Shown here: positions 20,987-31,600 of the stretch, in pieces
Numbering within the stretch: position 1 is the first letter of the stretch
Layout of the letters: each line of letters starts with the position of its first letter
Origin: an uncultured Bacteroidota bacterium
Lineage (GTDB): Bacteria; Bacteroidota; Bacteroidia; Chitinophagales; Saprospiraceae
Assembly: GCA_903933805.1 (NCBI GenBank)
Contig: CAIZLM010000076.1
Location: 2,377 to 66,376 of the forward strand
Reading direction: 5' to 3'
Length of the DNA: 64,000 bases
Made by a program: the position numbers and the translations under genes
The notes under the pieces: generated by a model
What the model saw: only the letters and a program-made list of their open reading frames with translations
Databases searched by the model: none
Told to the model about the DNA's origin: nothing

Positions 20987-22192
20987 ATGAAAAATTCACC
21001 CGTACTGTCGCTGTTTGTCGTGACGGCAATGCTGTCAGGAAATGCGCTGTTCGCCCAGTTTTCACCAAAATGTGTTGATGGCAACAACCCCATTACTGGA
21101 GAACGGTGTGCCAATTCTGTTACCTCCGCCGTTCCATTTCTTCGGATTGTGCCAGATGCCCGCGGTGGGGCCATGGGCGACGTAGGTATTGCCACGTCAG
21201 CAGACCCCAATGGGATGCACTACAACCCTTCTAAGCTTGCTTTTGCCGATAAAAATGTGGCTATTTCCGCCACCTATACGCCTTGGATGCGCAATTTAGG
21301 GCTCAACGATGTGTATCTTGCCTATTTGGCGGGCTATTTCAAAATTGACGAATTTCAGGCAATTGGCGCCAGTCTCCGATACTTTTCGTTGGGCGATATT
21401 GAGTTTACCAACGACCAAGGTGAGTCTTTAGGCCAAGGCAAGCCCAATGAGTTTGAATTCTCCGGGGCCTATACCCGCAAACTCACCGAAAAATTCTCCG
21501 CAGCTGTTGGTGCTAAATTTATTTACTCAAACCTCGCTACCGGCCGTATTGTGGAAGGCATTGAAATCAAGCCTGGGATCGCCGGCGCCGCAGATCTTTC
21601 CATGACCTACAAAACGAAAACAAAGATTTCTGATTACAAGAGCGACTTTACTTTTGGCGCAGCCATCAGCAACCTGGGTTCCAAGATTACCTATACCAAT
21701 TCTGTTAACCGCGACTATATTCCGACCAACCTCGGATTGGGTGGCGCGTTGAAAATCGGGCTCGATGAATTTAACTCCATTACGTTCAGCACCGACCTCA
21801 ATAAATTGCTGGTGCCAACGCCCCGCCCGGAAGTGGACGATGACGGCGATGGCGTTCCCGATTACAAGCAATACTCGCCCATTCGTGGGGTGTTCAAGTC
21901 TTTTGGTGACGCGCCGGGTGGCTTCAGTGAAGAGTTGAAGGAGATGACCTACGGCTTGGGCGCTGAATATTGGTACGACGACCAGTTCGCCGTGCGCATG
22001 GGTTATTTTTACGAACACTGGTCAAAGGGTAATCGCAAATATTTCAGCATCGGTCTCGGTATTAAATACAATATTTTCGGACTTAATTTCTCTTACCTTG
22101 TGCCCACAAGCAACCAGCGCAATCCGCTGGACAACACGCTGCGGTTCTCCCTCTTGTTCGATTTTGACGCCTTCGATGCAGAAGAAGAGTAG
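20987..22192 (+). CDS. porV: T9SS outer-membrane shuttle protein PorV (LptO)
   Basis: VTSAVPFLRIVPDARGGAMGDVGIATSADPNGMHYNPSKLAF and SLRYFSLGDIEFT match the PorV signature region. Size is that of a beta-barrel. Confidence 0.85.
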   Translation: MKNSPVLSLFVVTAMLSGNALFAQFSPKCVDGNNPITGERCANSVTSAVPFLRIVPDARGGAMGDVGIATSADPNGMHYNPSKLAFADKNVAISATYTPWMRNLGLNDVYLAYLAGYFKIDEFQAIGASLRYFSLGDIEFTNDQGESLGQGKPNEFEFSGAYTRKLTEKFSAAVGAKFIYSNLATGRIVEGIEIKPGIAGAADLSMTYKTKTKISDYKSDFTFGAAISNLGSKITYTNSVNRDYIPTNLGLGGALKIGLDEFNSITFSTDLNKLLVPTPRPEVDDDGDGVPDYKQYSPIRGVFKSFGDAPGGFSEELKEMTYGLGAEYWYDDQFAVRMGYFYEHWSKGNRKYFSIGLGIKYNIFGLNFSYLVPTSNQRNPLDNTLRFSLLFDFDAFDAEEE

Positions 22193-22357
22193 GGGCTTTT
22201 GACCATTGAACAACAAGGCTGTCCCAAACGGTTTTAAGGGGCGATAAATGTTGACGTAGTTTTTTCGGTATTCCTAGGGTATAACGCACCCCAGTTGGAA
22301 TCCTCGGAAAAAACGGATCAACCTTTATCGCCTCTTTTTTTTGAGGCACTATTGTGT

Positions 22358-22413
22358 GTAATGGGTTGGTTGGCACGTTTTTTTGTCTCAGACGCGACCA
22401 CCTAATCAGTTAC
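22358..22413 (+). repeat. MITE short derivative (56 bp)
   Basis: gtaatgggttggttggcacgtttttttgtctcagacgcgaccacctaatcagttac. Confidence 0.65.
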
Positions 22414-22493
22414 TTTTTTCTATTCGTGCGACTTATTGTGTGAATCTGAATTGAATCAACTTTCTTTGTGCACCTAATAGGACATCAAAACCA

Positions 22494-23663
22494 ATGGCAA
22501 AGATTTTAATAGTTGACGATGAGACACCCATCCGCCGCACCTTGCGCGACATACTGGAATTTGAAGGGTATGACGTAGAGGAAGCCGTGGACGGCCTTGA
22601 CTGCATCGCTAAAGTGCAGAAAGAAAAGTTTGATGTCATCATCACGGACATCAAAATGCCCAAAATGGACGGCATTGAGGCTTTGGAACGGCTCCAAATC
22701 CTCTCTCCTGAGACACCGGTCATCATGGTGAGCGGCCATGGAACCATTGATACGGCCGTTGAAGCAGTGAAAAAAGGCGCTTTCGATTTTATTTCCAAGC
22801 CGCCCGATCTCAACCGCATGCTCATCACGGTGCGCAATGCCCTTGACCGCAGTGAGTTGGTCAACACCACCCAAGTGTTGCGCAAACAAGTAAAAGGCAA
22901 CAAAGGGGTGAACATGATTGGCGAGAGCGCGCCCATCAAGGAGATCAAAAAAATGCTTGAACGCGTGGCTCCCACCGAAAGCAGGGTGCTCATAACGGGT
23001 CAAAACGGTACAGGAAAAGAGCTCGTAGCCCGCTGGATCCACGAAAAAAGCAACCGCTCCGATGGACCCATCGTAGAGGTCAATTGCGCGGCAATCCCTT
23101 CAGAATTAATTGAAAGCGAGCTTTTTGGTCATAAAAAAGGATCGTTTACGGGCGCTATTGCCGATAAGCCCGGCAAGTTTGAGTCGGCCAACGGTGGCAC
23201 GTTGTTCCTAGACGAAATTGGCGACATGAGCAATGATGCCCAAGCCAAAGTGCTCCGTGCTTTGCAAGAAAGTAAAATTACCCGTGTTGGTGACAACAAA
23301 GAAATTAAGGTTGATGTGCGCGTATTGGCCGCTACCAACAAAGATCTCCGCGAAGAAATTGCAGCGGGCCGCTTCCGGGAAGACCTCTATCACCGATTGG
23401 CCGTCATCGTGGTGCGGGTGCCATCGCTCAACGAACGCCGCGAAGATATCCCACTCCTGCTGGAACACTTCAATCGGAGAATTGCCGATGATTACGGGCA
23501 TTCCCCAAAACAATTTACCCCCGATGCCATGAAGGCGCTGCAGGAATACAACTGGACCGGTAATATCCGGGAATTGGCCAACGTCATTGAACGGCTCTTT
23601 ATCCTCTGTGATCAAACGGTTACAGAAGATGATGTGCGGCAGTATGTTTACCCAAATAAATAG
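22494..23663 (+). CDS. sigma-54-dependent response regulator without a C-terminal HTH domain
   Basis: Receiver domain (ILIVDDE...ITDIKMPKMDG), AAA+ Walker A GQNGTGKE and GSFTGA loop. The protein ends ~25 aa after the NIRELANVIERL sensor-II region. Confidence 0.85.
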   Translation: MAKILIVDDETPIRRTLRDILEFEGYDVEEAVDGLDCIAKVQKEKFDVIITDIKMPKMDGIEALERLQILSPETPVIMVSGHGTIDTAVEAVKKGAFDFISKPPDLNRMLITVRNALDRSELVNTTQVLRKQVKGNKGVNMIGESAPIKEIKKMLERVAPTESRVLITGQNGTGKELVARWIHEKSNRSDGPIVEVNCAAIPSELIESELFGHKKGSFTGAIADKPGKFESANGGTLFLDEIGDMSNDAQAKVLRALQESKITRVGDNKEIKVDVRVLAATNKDLREEIAAGRFREDLYHRLAVIVVRVPSLNERREDIPLLLEHFNRRIADDYGHSPKQFTPDAMKALQEYNWTGNIRELANVIERLFILCDQTVTEDDVRQYVYPNK

Positions 23664-23836
23664 CTCATATTAATTTGGTGCGAAGATTATTGTACTGCAA
23701 ATGAAATATTTTTGTCGGATTTTGGCGTAAAGTAATTTTTTCCCACATGAACACAAAGGATAAATTAGGTTTGTTCGAATTTCATCCGGAACAGTGGTGC
23801 ACAGCCAAGTGGCCCGTTGACAGTAAAAAAAAGGTA

Positions 23837-23914
23837 GTAACTGGTTGGCTGGTCGCGTCTGAAACAAAAAAGTGGCCATTTTTTTGTCTCAGACGCGACC
23901 AGCCAAGTTTTTAC
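23837..23914. mobile_element. MITE short palindromic derivative (terminal hairpin only)
   Basis: gtaactggttggctggtcgcgtctgaaacaaaaaagtggccatttttttgtctcagacgcgaccagccaagtttttac. Confidence 0.7.
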
Positions 23915-24035
23915 AAAAAAAGACAAGCACGAAAAGTTGTGTGACGGACAATTTTCCATGTCAGGTTCCCGAGGGTTCCGGGCATTTAAACACAACGCAT
24001 AATCCACACCATGCTCAACAGCGCCCGATTTTCTC

Positions 24036-24063
24036 CTCGAAACACAGTTTCGAGTGTTTTTTT
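24036..24063 (+). terminator. hairpin plus T-run in the leader of the repeat-protein gene
   Basis: ctcgaaac-aca-gtttcgag followed by tgttttttt, 58 nt upstream of ATG 24121. Confidence 0.5.
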
Positions 24064-24120
24064 ATAGCCCATTTTTACGTGACCAATTGTTTTTTTTTAT
24101 CCAATAATTTCTAATCAACG

Positions 24121-27100
24121 ATGTTTGCACAAATTACGTCTTATTGGTTAGCGCCTAGGTTGACTCATTTTATTAAAAATGGTCTGCGCGCCAGTCCCGC
24201 CTTATTTCGCCTCCTCTTTTTGGCAGGTTTGATTTCCACCGCAACAGCGGGCAACACCCGCGGAATCGCGGATGCTTTCTATCCTGGAGACTCGACGATT
24301 GCCGCCACCATTTGCGGCAATGAAACGTACCCATTTAATGGTCAATCGCTCAGTGTTTCGGGCAATTACACGGCTGTTTACACGGCGGAAGACGGTACCG
24401 ATTCCACGGTCACCTTACAATTGTTGGTGTTGCCGGTTTCGGTTGATACCATCACAGCCTCTATTTGCCAAGGTCAAACCTATTTCTTTTTTGGCCAGAC
24501 CCTTCAAGTATCCGGCTCCTACCAAGAAGTACTGTCCGGTACCAACGGGTGTGACTCAACGGTTACCTTGAATTTAACCGTCTTACAACCTTCGGAAACC
24601 AACCTCTCTGTCGGTATTTGTAGGGGTTCTTCTTACCTATTCCAAGGCGATACGCTTTATGAAAGCGGCTTGTATTTATCTACCCTGACAGCTGCCAACG
24701 GCTGTGACTCCTTGCTTTGGCTTGACCTGCAGGTTGTAAATTTCTTTGATATTCAGCAAACACAGGCAATATGTGCCGGCGACTCCATACAATTTGGTGG
24801 TGCAGTGCTGGACACTTCGGGTGTTTACGTGCATTTGCTGCTCGCGAGTGGGGGTTGTGATTCCATCATCACACTGACGTTGACGGTATTGCCCAATTCG
24901 TCATCCAACCTGAATGCCAGCATTTGCCAGGGCGTATCGTACCTATATCAAGGAGATACTTTGACGGAAAGTGGTTTATACGATTATACACTAACTGCTT
25001 CGAATGGCTGCGATTCACTGGTACGCCTAAATTTGTCTGTTGTCGAGTTTTATGATGTGCAACAGACGGCGGTGATCTGCGCTGGTGAAGGGTATAATTT
25101 TGGCGGTGCAATACTCCAGGCACCGGGTGTTTACGTAGATTCCCTGTTGGCCAATGGCGGTTGTGATTCTATTTTGACACTTCATTTGACGGTCTTACCG
25201 GTTTCCGGAACTTCGAGCAATGTCACCCTTTGCGATGGGTTGACCTATATTTTTGAAGGAGATACCTTGAGCAGCAGTGGATTATATGTACATACGTATG
25301 TTGCAGATAACGGCTGTGATTCCTTGGTAAGTCTGCAACTCAATTTTGTGCCTTATTTTGAAACAGCCTTGCAGGTTTCTATCTGCAACGGTGACAGCTA
25401 CCCATTTGGGGGGCAGCAACTGATGCTGGAAGGGGTGTACACCGACACACTCTCAGCGGTTGGTGGTTGCGATTCTGTGCTGACCCTGACGCTCTCATTT
25501 TTCACCGTTCCCAACGGGACCGATGGCGCGACTATTTGCGCAGGCGAGTCCTTTGTGTATCAAGGAGAATCCCTGTCAGAAGCTGGCCCACACGATTTTA
25601 TTATAGAAAGTTCGAATGGTTGTGATTCACTGGTAACCTTTACATTGACAGTTTTACCGGTGGCGCATACCGTTCTGGATGCTGTTATTTGTGCCGGTGA
25701 AACGTATGAATTCAACGGTCAAACCCTGGGTTCGCAGGGTGTTTATGAGTTGGTGCTTCCGGGTTCCAACGGTTGCGATTCTATCGTTAACCTTGTGCTG
25801 ATTGTATTGCCAGAAGCCACGACGTCCTTGATAGCCACTGTTTGTGCCGGGGAGACCTATGTTTTCAACGGTGACACCTTGGAAGCATCGGGTGTATATA
25901 CTTCTAACCTGTTCACAACAGTAGGCTGTGATTCCACGGTGACCCTTACCTTGAATGTGTTGCCGGAACAAACTACGGCCGTATCGGCAGTGATTTGCGC
26001 GGGCGCATCGTACGAATTTGCCGGAGTTGCGCGCACAGAATCAGGTACGTACACCGCCGTTCTGGCTGATACCAATGGTTGTGATTCTACGGTAACACTG
26101 CAATTGACGGTATTGCCATTGCAACAGACCAACGTCGAAGCCACCATTTGTGAGGGCACCAGCTACCCGTTCAATGGAGCAGCGCCCTCGGTTGAAGGTG
26201 TTTACACGGTTACTTTGCCGGGTTCCAACGGTTGCGACAGTCTTGTGACCCTTACCCTGGCGGTATTGCCGACCCAAAAAACAGAGATTGATGCCACCAT
26301 TTGTGAAGGCAATGTGTATTTTTATTATGGCCAAGCGCTGACGGGTAGCGGCGACTATTCCTTTGGGCTTACGGGGGTAAATGGCTGTGATTCAACCGTT
26401 ACAATCCATTTGACAGTACTTCCGACACAACATACGGCCATTGTGGCATCGGCCTGTGTTGGGACGCCCTATGAGTACAACGGACAATTATTCTCGGAAA
26501 CAGGAGTGTACGATATCGTTTTTCAGGGTTCTAACGGCTGCGATTCTGTGGTAACGCTCAATCTGCTGGTTCGCCCTACCTTCATCAGCTTGCTGGGAGT
26601 AACAGAATGTCAGGGTACGGTATATGTGTTTAACGGCACAACCCTGGATACCTCCGGTACGTATGTGGCCAATTTGACGAATATTTATGGTTGCGACAGC
26701 ACCGTAATATTGAACCTGACGTTTGTCAATACCCTAACATCGTACTTTCAGGCATCTATTTGTGCCGGTGGTTCTTATATATTTGGGACGGATACACTCA
26801 CGGAAAGCGGCGAATATACCCAAACATTTGAAGCAATCGGTGGCTGTGACTCTCTGGTGACGCTTGGTCTGGTGGTGTTGCCATTGAGCAACAGTGCCGT
26901 CAGCGTGTCCATCTGTGCAGGCTCCACGTATCAGTTCAATGGGCAATTGTTGTCTGATCCTGGAACGTACACTGCCACCCTGACGTCCTCCAATGGTTGC
27001 GATTCAACGGTGGTTTTAACCCTCCGTGTGTTGCCGACATCGGGTTCTGTGGTTGATGCAACCATTTGTTCCAACGAAACGTACGGTTTTGCGGGTGCTG

Positions 27101-28137
27101 CGCTCTCCGAAACCGGTGTTTACGTCAATATTCTCCCGTCATCCAATGGCTGTGACTCTACGGTCACCTTGAATTTGTTGGTGTTGCCGGCCGTTGCCAC
27201 GTCGGTAGCTGGCACCATTTGCGCAGGGGAGTATTATACTTTTGGGGATACGTTGTTGAGTGTATCTGGCACCTATACGGCAAGTTTTGCAGCAGCAAAT
27301 GGCTGTGACTCGGTGGTTACCCTCGTACTGCAAGTTGTACCGGTATCACAGGGGTATGTCGAAGCCATTGAATACTGCGGTCGGCCGTACGAGTTCAACG
27401 GTGTTTCCCTTACCGAGAGCGGTTTATATTCCGTCGTTTTGGAGCATGCTGCTGCCAGTGGGTGCGACTCCGTTGCGACCCTTTCGTTGACGCTGTTGCC
27501 AGAATACCCGTTGACGATAGAATTTGGATTTATTTGTGCCGGCGAATCATATCCGTTCCACGGCACATCTTTTTCAGATCCGGGTACCTACTATTTTGCT
27601 GCTACCTCGGTGAACGGCTGCGACTCTGTCGTCGCACTGATTCTGACGGTAGGTACCTTGACGGTATCCACCACGTTGTCCGATGGTGTTCTGACGGCTT
27701 CTGCATCATCGCCTTTCAGCACATTTGCATGGGTTGATTGCGCTACCAACCAGTTTTTGGCCAACGGCAGTCAGTTTACGCCGACGGTCTCCGGTTCGTA
27801 TGCTGTTATTGCAACCGACACGATTGGTTGCACGGCACTTTCATCGTGTGTTACGGTGGTCATCAGTGCCGTCAACGCGTTGTTGGCCGATTCGGGCTGG
27901 GCTATCCAGCCAAATCCTGCTGCTGAAAGTACGGCGGTCTTGTTGAAGGAATCTCTGACGCAGGATATTTCATTGGAGGTATTTGATGTCTCTGGTCGTT
28001 TGTTGTACCAGCAGCCGGTGGCCGCGGGCACTGTTCAAGTTGACATGGATATCAGTGCTTTCCCGGACGGGGTATTGCTGGTTCGTTTGACATCGGCCCA
28101 AGGCGTCTCTTCCAAACGGTTGATGAAAGGCCATTGA
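24121..28137 (+). CDS. 1,338-aa T9SS type-A cargo protein built from ~22 tandem ~48-aa two-cysteine repeats
   Basis: Repeat consensus IC.G..Y.F.G..L..SG.Y......NGCDS.VTL.LTVLP. I counted 21 GCDS units plus one degenerate unit. The C-terminal Por_Secre_tail is IQPNP...FDVSGRLL...FPDGVLLVRLT. Confidence 0.85.
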   Translation: MFAQITSYWLAPRLTHFIKNGLRASPALFRLLFLAGLISTATAGNTRGIADAFYPGDSTIAATICGNETYPFNGQSLSVSGNYTAVYTAEDGTDSTVTLQLLVLPVSVDTITASICQGQTYFFFGQTLQVSGSYQEVLSGTNGCDSTVTLNLTVLQPSETNLSVGICRGSSYLFQGDTLYESGLYLSTLTAANGCDSLLWLDLQVVNFFDIQQTQAICAGDSIQFGGAVLDTSGVYVHLLLASGGCDSIITLTLTVLPNSSSNLNASICQGVSYLYQGDTLTESGLYDYTLTASNGCDSLVRLNLSVVEFYDVQQTAVICAGEGYNFGGAILQAPGVYVDSLLANGGCDSILTLHLTVLPVSGTSSNVTLCDGLTYIFEGDTLSSSGLYVHTYVADNGCDSLVSLQLNFVPYFETALQVSICNGDSYPFGGQQLMLEGVYTDTLSAVGGCDSVLTLTLSFFTVPNGTDGATICAGESFVYQGESLSEAGPHDFIIESSNGCDSLVTFTLTVLPVAHTVLDAVICAGETYEFNGQTLGSQGVYELVLPGSNGCDSIVNLVLIVLPEATTSLIATVCAGETYVFNGDTLEASGVYTSNLFTTVGCDSTVTLTLNVLPEQTTAVSAVICAGASYEFAGVARTESGTYTAVLADTNGCDSTVTLQLTVLPLQQTNVEATICEGTSYPFNGAAPSVEGVYTVTLPGSNGCDSLVTLTLAVLPTQKTEIDATICEGNVYFYYGQALTGSGDYSFGLTGVNGCDSTVTIHLTVLPTQHTAIVASACVGTPYEYNGQLFSETGVYDIVFQGSNGCDSVVTLNLLVRPTFISLLGVTECQGTVYVFNGTTLDTSGTYVANLTNIYGCDSTVILNLTFVNTLTSYFQASICAGGSYIFGTDTLTESGEYTQTFEAIGGCDSLVTLGLVVLPLSNSAVSVSICAGSTYQFNGQLLSDPGTYTATLTSSNGCDSTVVLTLRVLPTSGSVVDATICSNETYGFAGAALSETGVYVNILPSSNGCDSTVTLNLLVLPAVATSVAGTICAGEYYTFGDTLLSVSGTYTASFAAANGCDSVVTLVLQVVPVSQGYVEAIEYCGRPYEFNGVSLTESGLYSVVLEHAAASGCDSVATLSLTLLPEYPLTIEFGFICAGESYPFHGTSFSDPGTYYFAATSVNGCDSVVALILTVGTLTVSTTLSDGVLTASASSPFSTFAWVDCATNQFLANGSQFTPTVSGSYAVIATDTIGCTALSSCVTVVISAVNALLADSGWAIQPNPAAESTAVLLKESLTQDISLEVFDVSGRLLYQQPVAAGTVQVDMDISAFPDGVLLVRLTSAQGVSSKRLMKGH
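24300..27655 (+). repeat. ~144-bp tandem coding repeat array (within CDS 24121-28137)
   Basis: Periodic recurrence of the aacggctgtgattc / ttgcc(g)gt blocks that encode NGCDS ... VLP. Confidence 0.8.
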
Positions 28138-28143
28138 TCACAA

Positions 28144-28306
28144 GTAACTGGTTAGCGTGGTCGCGTCTGTGACAAAAAAGTGGCCATTTTTTGTCAGACG
28201 AAGCAGATTTTTGCAGGCCGTAGCAGCGCTACGGTCAAAAAAATATGCGAAGTATGGCGGAAAATGGGCCTTTTTGTGCCAGACAGCGTGCCACCTAACC
28301 AGTTAC
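28144..28306 (-). mobile_element. MITE-like element, full length, inverted orientation
   Basis: Canonical ends. Flanks gatcacaa / gatcaaag match at 6 of 8 positions. Confidence 0.85.
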
Positions 28307-28414
28307 GATCAAAGAGCTATTTTTTTTGAGTTTACAATAGGAGGAAGGGTGTTCCCGGAAGGGAGCACCCTTCTTTTCGCCTGTTTAGGAGGTATTTTTT
28401 GTGGTTGTTTTGGC

Positions 28415-28510
28415 TTGGCGCGCGGTCTGACGTAAAAAAGATCCTTTTTTGGCCAGACAGGGAGCTATCTAACCTTTAAATTTTTGTCTTAGACGGGATC
28501 AACCAACTAG
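28415..28510. repeat. degenerate MITE fragments
   Basis: gcgcggtctgacgtaaaaaagatccttttttggccagacagggagctatctaacc, then tttttgtcttagacgggatcaaccaactag. Confidence 0.45.
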
Positions 28511-28637
28511 GCGCCTATTTTTTTTACTTCTTTTTTGCCTTCAAACGGCATTTCGCCATTCTCGGCACGAAATTTTCATTGGTATAAAGTTAATCAATTT
28601 GCTATCTGATCATTTTTACTCTTTTCCCAACCACACG

Positions 28638-31600
28638 ATGCGATTTTTTTTAATATGTTTATTGGGCTTTGTCAATCAAGCCATCGTTTTGGCGCATGCG
28701 CCGCCAGCCACCAACACCTTTCACACATCGGAAGCGCTACATACCACTGCTTCAAGCGATGTACCGTTGGCCTTGGCCGTAGATTCTATTCACCATGTAA
28801 ATTGTTCGCGTTTTACGGGATATTTACGGGTTGTTGCCAGTGGAGGCCTTCCGGCCTATTCGTATTTGTGGAGCAACGGCAACACGGGCACACTGGCTAC
28901 CAATTTGGTGCCAGGAAATTACACGATTACCGTTACAGACAGTGAGGGCACTACGGCGACGGTGGGTGCCGTGATACTGGAAGATTTTACGCTCCCGACG
29001 GCCAATGCGGGCGTTGATTTCAACGTTATCTGTGCCAATACCGTCACAAGTTTGAATGGCACAGGATCTGTCGGTGCTGAATTTAGGTATTTGTGGACAG
29101 CATTGAATGGCGGGATTATTCAATCTGGCGCCACCACCCTGACACCGGTTATCCGACATATTGGGGCATTTACCCTTCAGGTGACCAACATCGTAAATGG
29201 TTGTACCAGCACCTCGTCGGTGGTGGTGCTTTCCACCTACCAACCACCGCTTGTAACAGCCACGGGGGGTAATTTTTCCTGTTATCAACCGAGTGTGGTG
29301 TTGAATTCGACGTATCCGCTTGAAAATACAACATTTGTATGGAATGGGCCCGGTATGTATGTTTCTTATGCCCTTCACCCACAGGTATCAACTGTCGGAA
29401 CATTTGTGTTCAAAGTGACCGATACCCTGACAACCTGTGTTGGTACTGCCAATACGGTGGTGACAGGCGACACTTCCAAGCCTGTCGTACTTCCTACGGG
29501 CGCTATCTTGAATTGTTCGCAACCGATTTCCGCAATTTCTGGAACCTATACACCGATGATGGTGAATTTTTCCTGGACGGGTCCTTTTGGTTTTACTTCC
29601 ACTCAGCAATCGCCGGTGGTATCGGCAACAGGCACTTATTTCGTGACGGTCACCAATCCGGCGAATGGATGTTCTACGACCAAGACCACCACCGTAACGT
29701 CCAATTTTACGCCGCCCACGGCCATGGCATCTGTCAATGCGCAGCTCACTTGCGTGCTAAACACGGTGTTGTTGCTTGGCAACGGAAGCCCCATCGGAAT
29801 TACGTATGCCTGGTCGGGCCCGGGAGGATTTACGTCTAACGTTCAAAATGCGTTGACAACGGTTCCCGGCGTTTACAAGTTGACCACCCAAAATCCGGTA
29901 AACGGTTGTACGGCGACAGCCACCACCACCGTTGTGCTGAACAATACCCCACCGGGCGTAACGGCTTTGGGTGGGTTAAAGACCTGTATTAGTCCGACGG
30001 TCACCCTTCAAGCGACCAGTAACACACCGGGTGTAACCTTTAAATGGTCCGGCCCCAATAATTTCATTTCTACCATACCCAATCCCATGGTGACCCAGGT
30101 GGGTACGTATGGGGTGACGGCTACCAACCCCGTCAATGGTTGTACCAGTGTTGCAACGGTCAGTGTTACACAAAACATTACCCCTCCAACGCTTACCACC
30201 ACCACTACCACCATCAATTGCTACAATCCGGCGCCGCGTGTTGTTGCGACGTCCCAGACCAATGGGGCGACCTTTTCTTGGGCTGGTCCAAATGGTTATA
30301 CGGCCATGATTTCAAATCCGGTGGTGGTTGTGGGCGGCACCTATTCTGTGACGGTCACCAACCCGGTCAATGGATGTACCAATTACAACGCCATCAGTGT
30401 GGCTGAAAATCTAGCGCTACCCAACGTTTATGCCGGTGAGGATCGGGCCCTCAATTGTAATTTTTCATCTGTTTTAGTCAACCCCATTGGCACGTCCACG
30501 GGTGTTGGCATCACGTACCAATGGACGACTGTCGATGGGCATATTTTTTCGGGCGCCATGTCATTTTTTGCGCGGTTTGATGCCATTGGGCATTATACGT
30601 TGTCTGTAAAAAACACGGCGAGCGGTTGTATCGCGCAAGACAGCATGGAGGTAACGCAAACACCTCCGTTGTCGCTTACTGTTGCGCTCGTGAGCCCCAT
30701 TTCTTGTAATGGCAACACCAACGCATCGGTGAAGGCCACGCCCGTTGGCGGTTCCGGATATTATACCTACATGTGGTCCACGGGCAGCCAGGCTGCTACA
30801 CTGACCAACTTGGGGCCGGCCACGTATGTTGTTACGGCCACAGATTCTGAGGGGTGCTCGTCTGTTGCTACCATTTCTGTTGTGCAACCAACGGTGGTAC
30901 AAGCGGCGGTATCGGCCAACGCACAAACACTGGTCGGGGTCAACAATGGCTCTGCCAGCGTAACGCCATCTGGTGGTACGGCACCTTACACGGTGCATTG
31001 GAACAACGCAGGGACTACCTTGGTCATTCCCAACCTTGCGCCGGGGATCTACACCGTCACGGTGACGGACAGCAAAGGCTGTACCAAGAGCAACAGCGTC
31101 ACGGTGAATGCGGTGCTTTGTACCATCACAGGCGCTGTGGCAGTCACCAACCTCAATTGTTCGGGTGTGGCAAGTGGTGTAGCAACGGTCAATGTCACGA
31201 ATGTACCAACGCCCCTCACCTACAATTGGTCGAACGGCATGCAATCCAAAACAGCGGCCAATCTTGCGGCGGGCAACTATTCGGTCACGGTCACGGGAGC
31301 CAATGGTTGCTCCATCGTGCTGACGGCTCAAATATCCAGCCCTCCCCCCTTGACATTGTCGGTTGTTACAAACACCAGTGTTACCTGTGCAGGCCTTCAA
31401 AATGGTGGGGCTACTGTCAGTGCTTCTGGTGGAACAGCCCCTTATACGTATGCTTGGTCGAATGGCGGTACCGGAAGTACAGCAACCACCTTGGGCGCCG
31501 GTAGTTACTCCGTGGTTACCACCGATGCACTTGGCTGTACCGTTTCTCAAACGACACAAATCAGTGCCCCCCCGCCAGTAGAGCTCACCGTTTTGACCTC

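Noticed and set aside
30561-31559. 332-aa ORF antisense to the SprB/HYR adhesin gene
   Set aside because: The Arg/Gly/Cys-rich translation is produced by the repetitive Thr/Gly/Val-rich sense frame.
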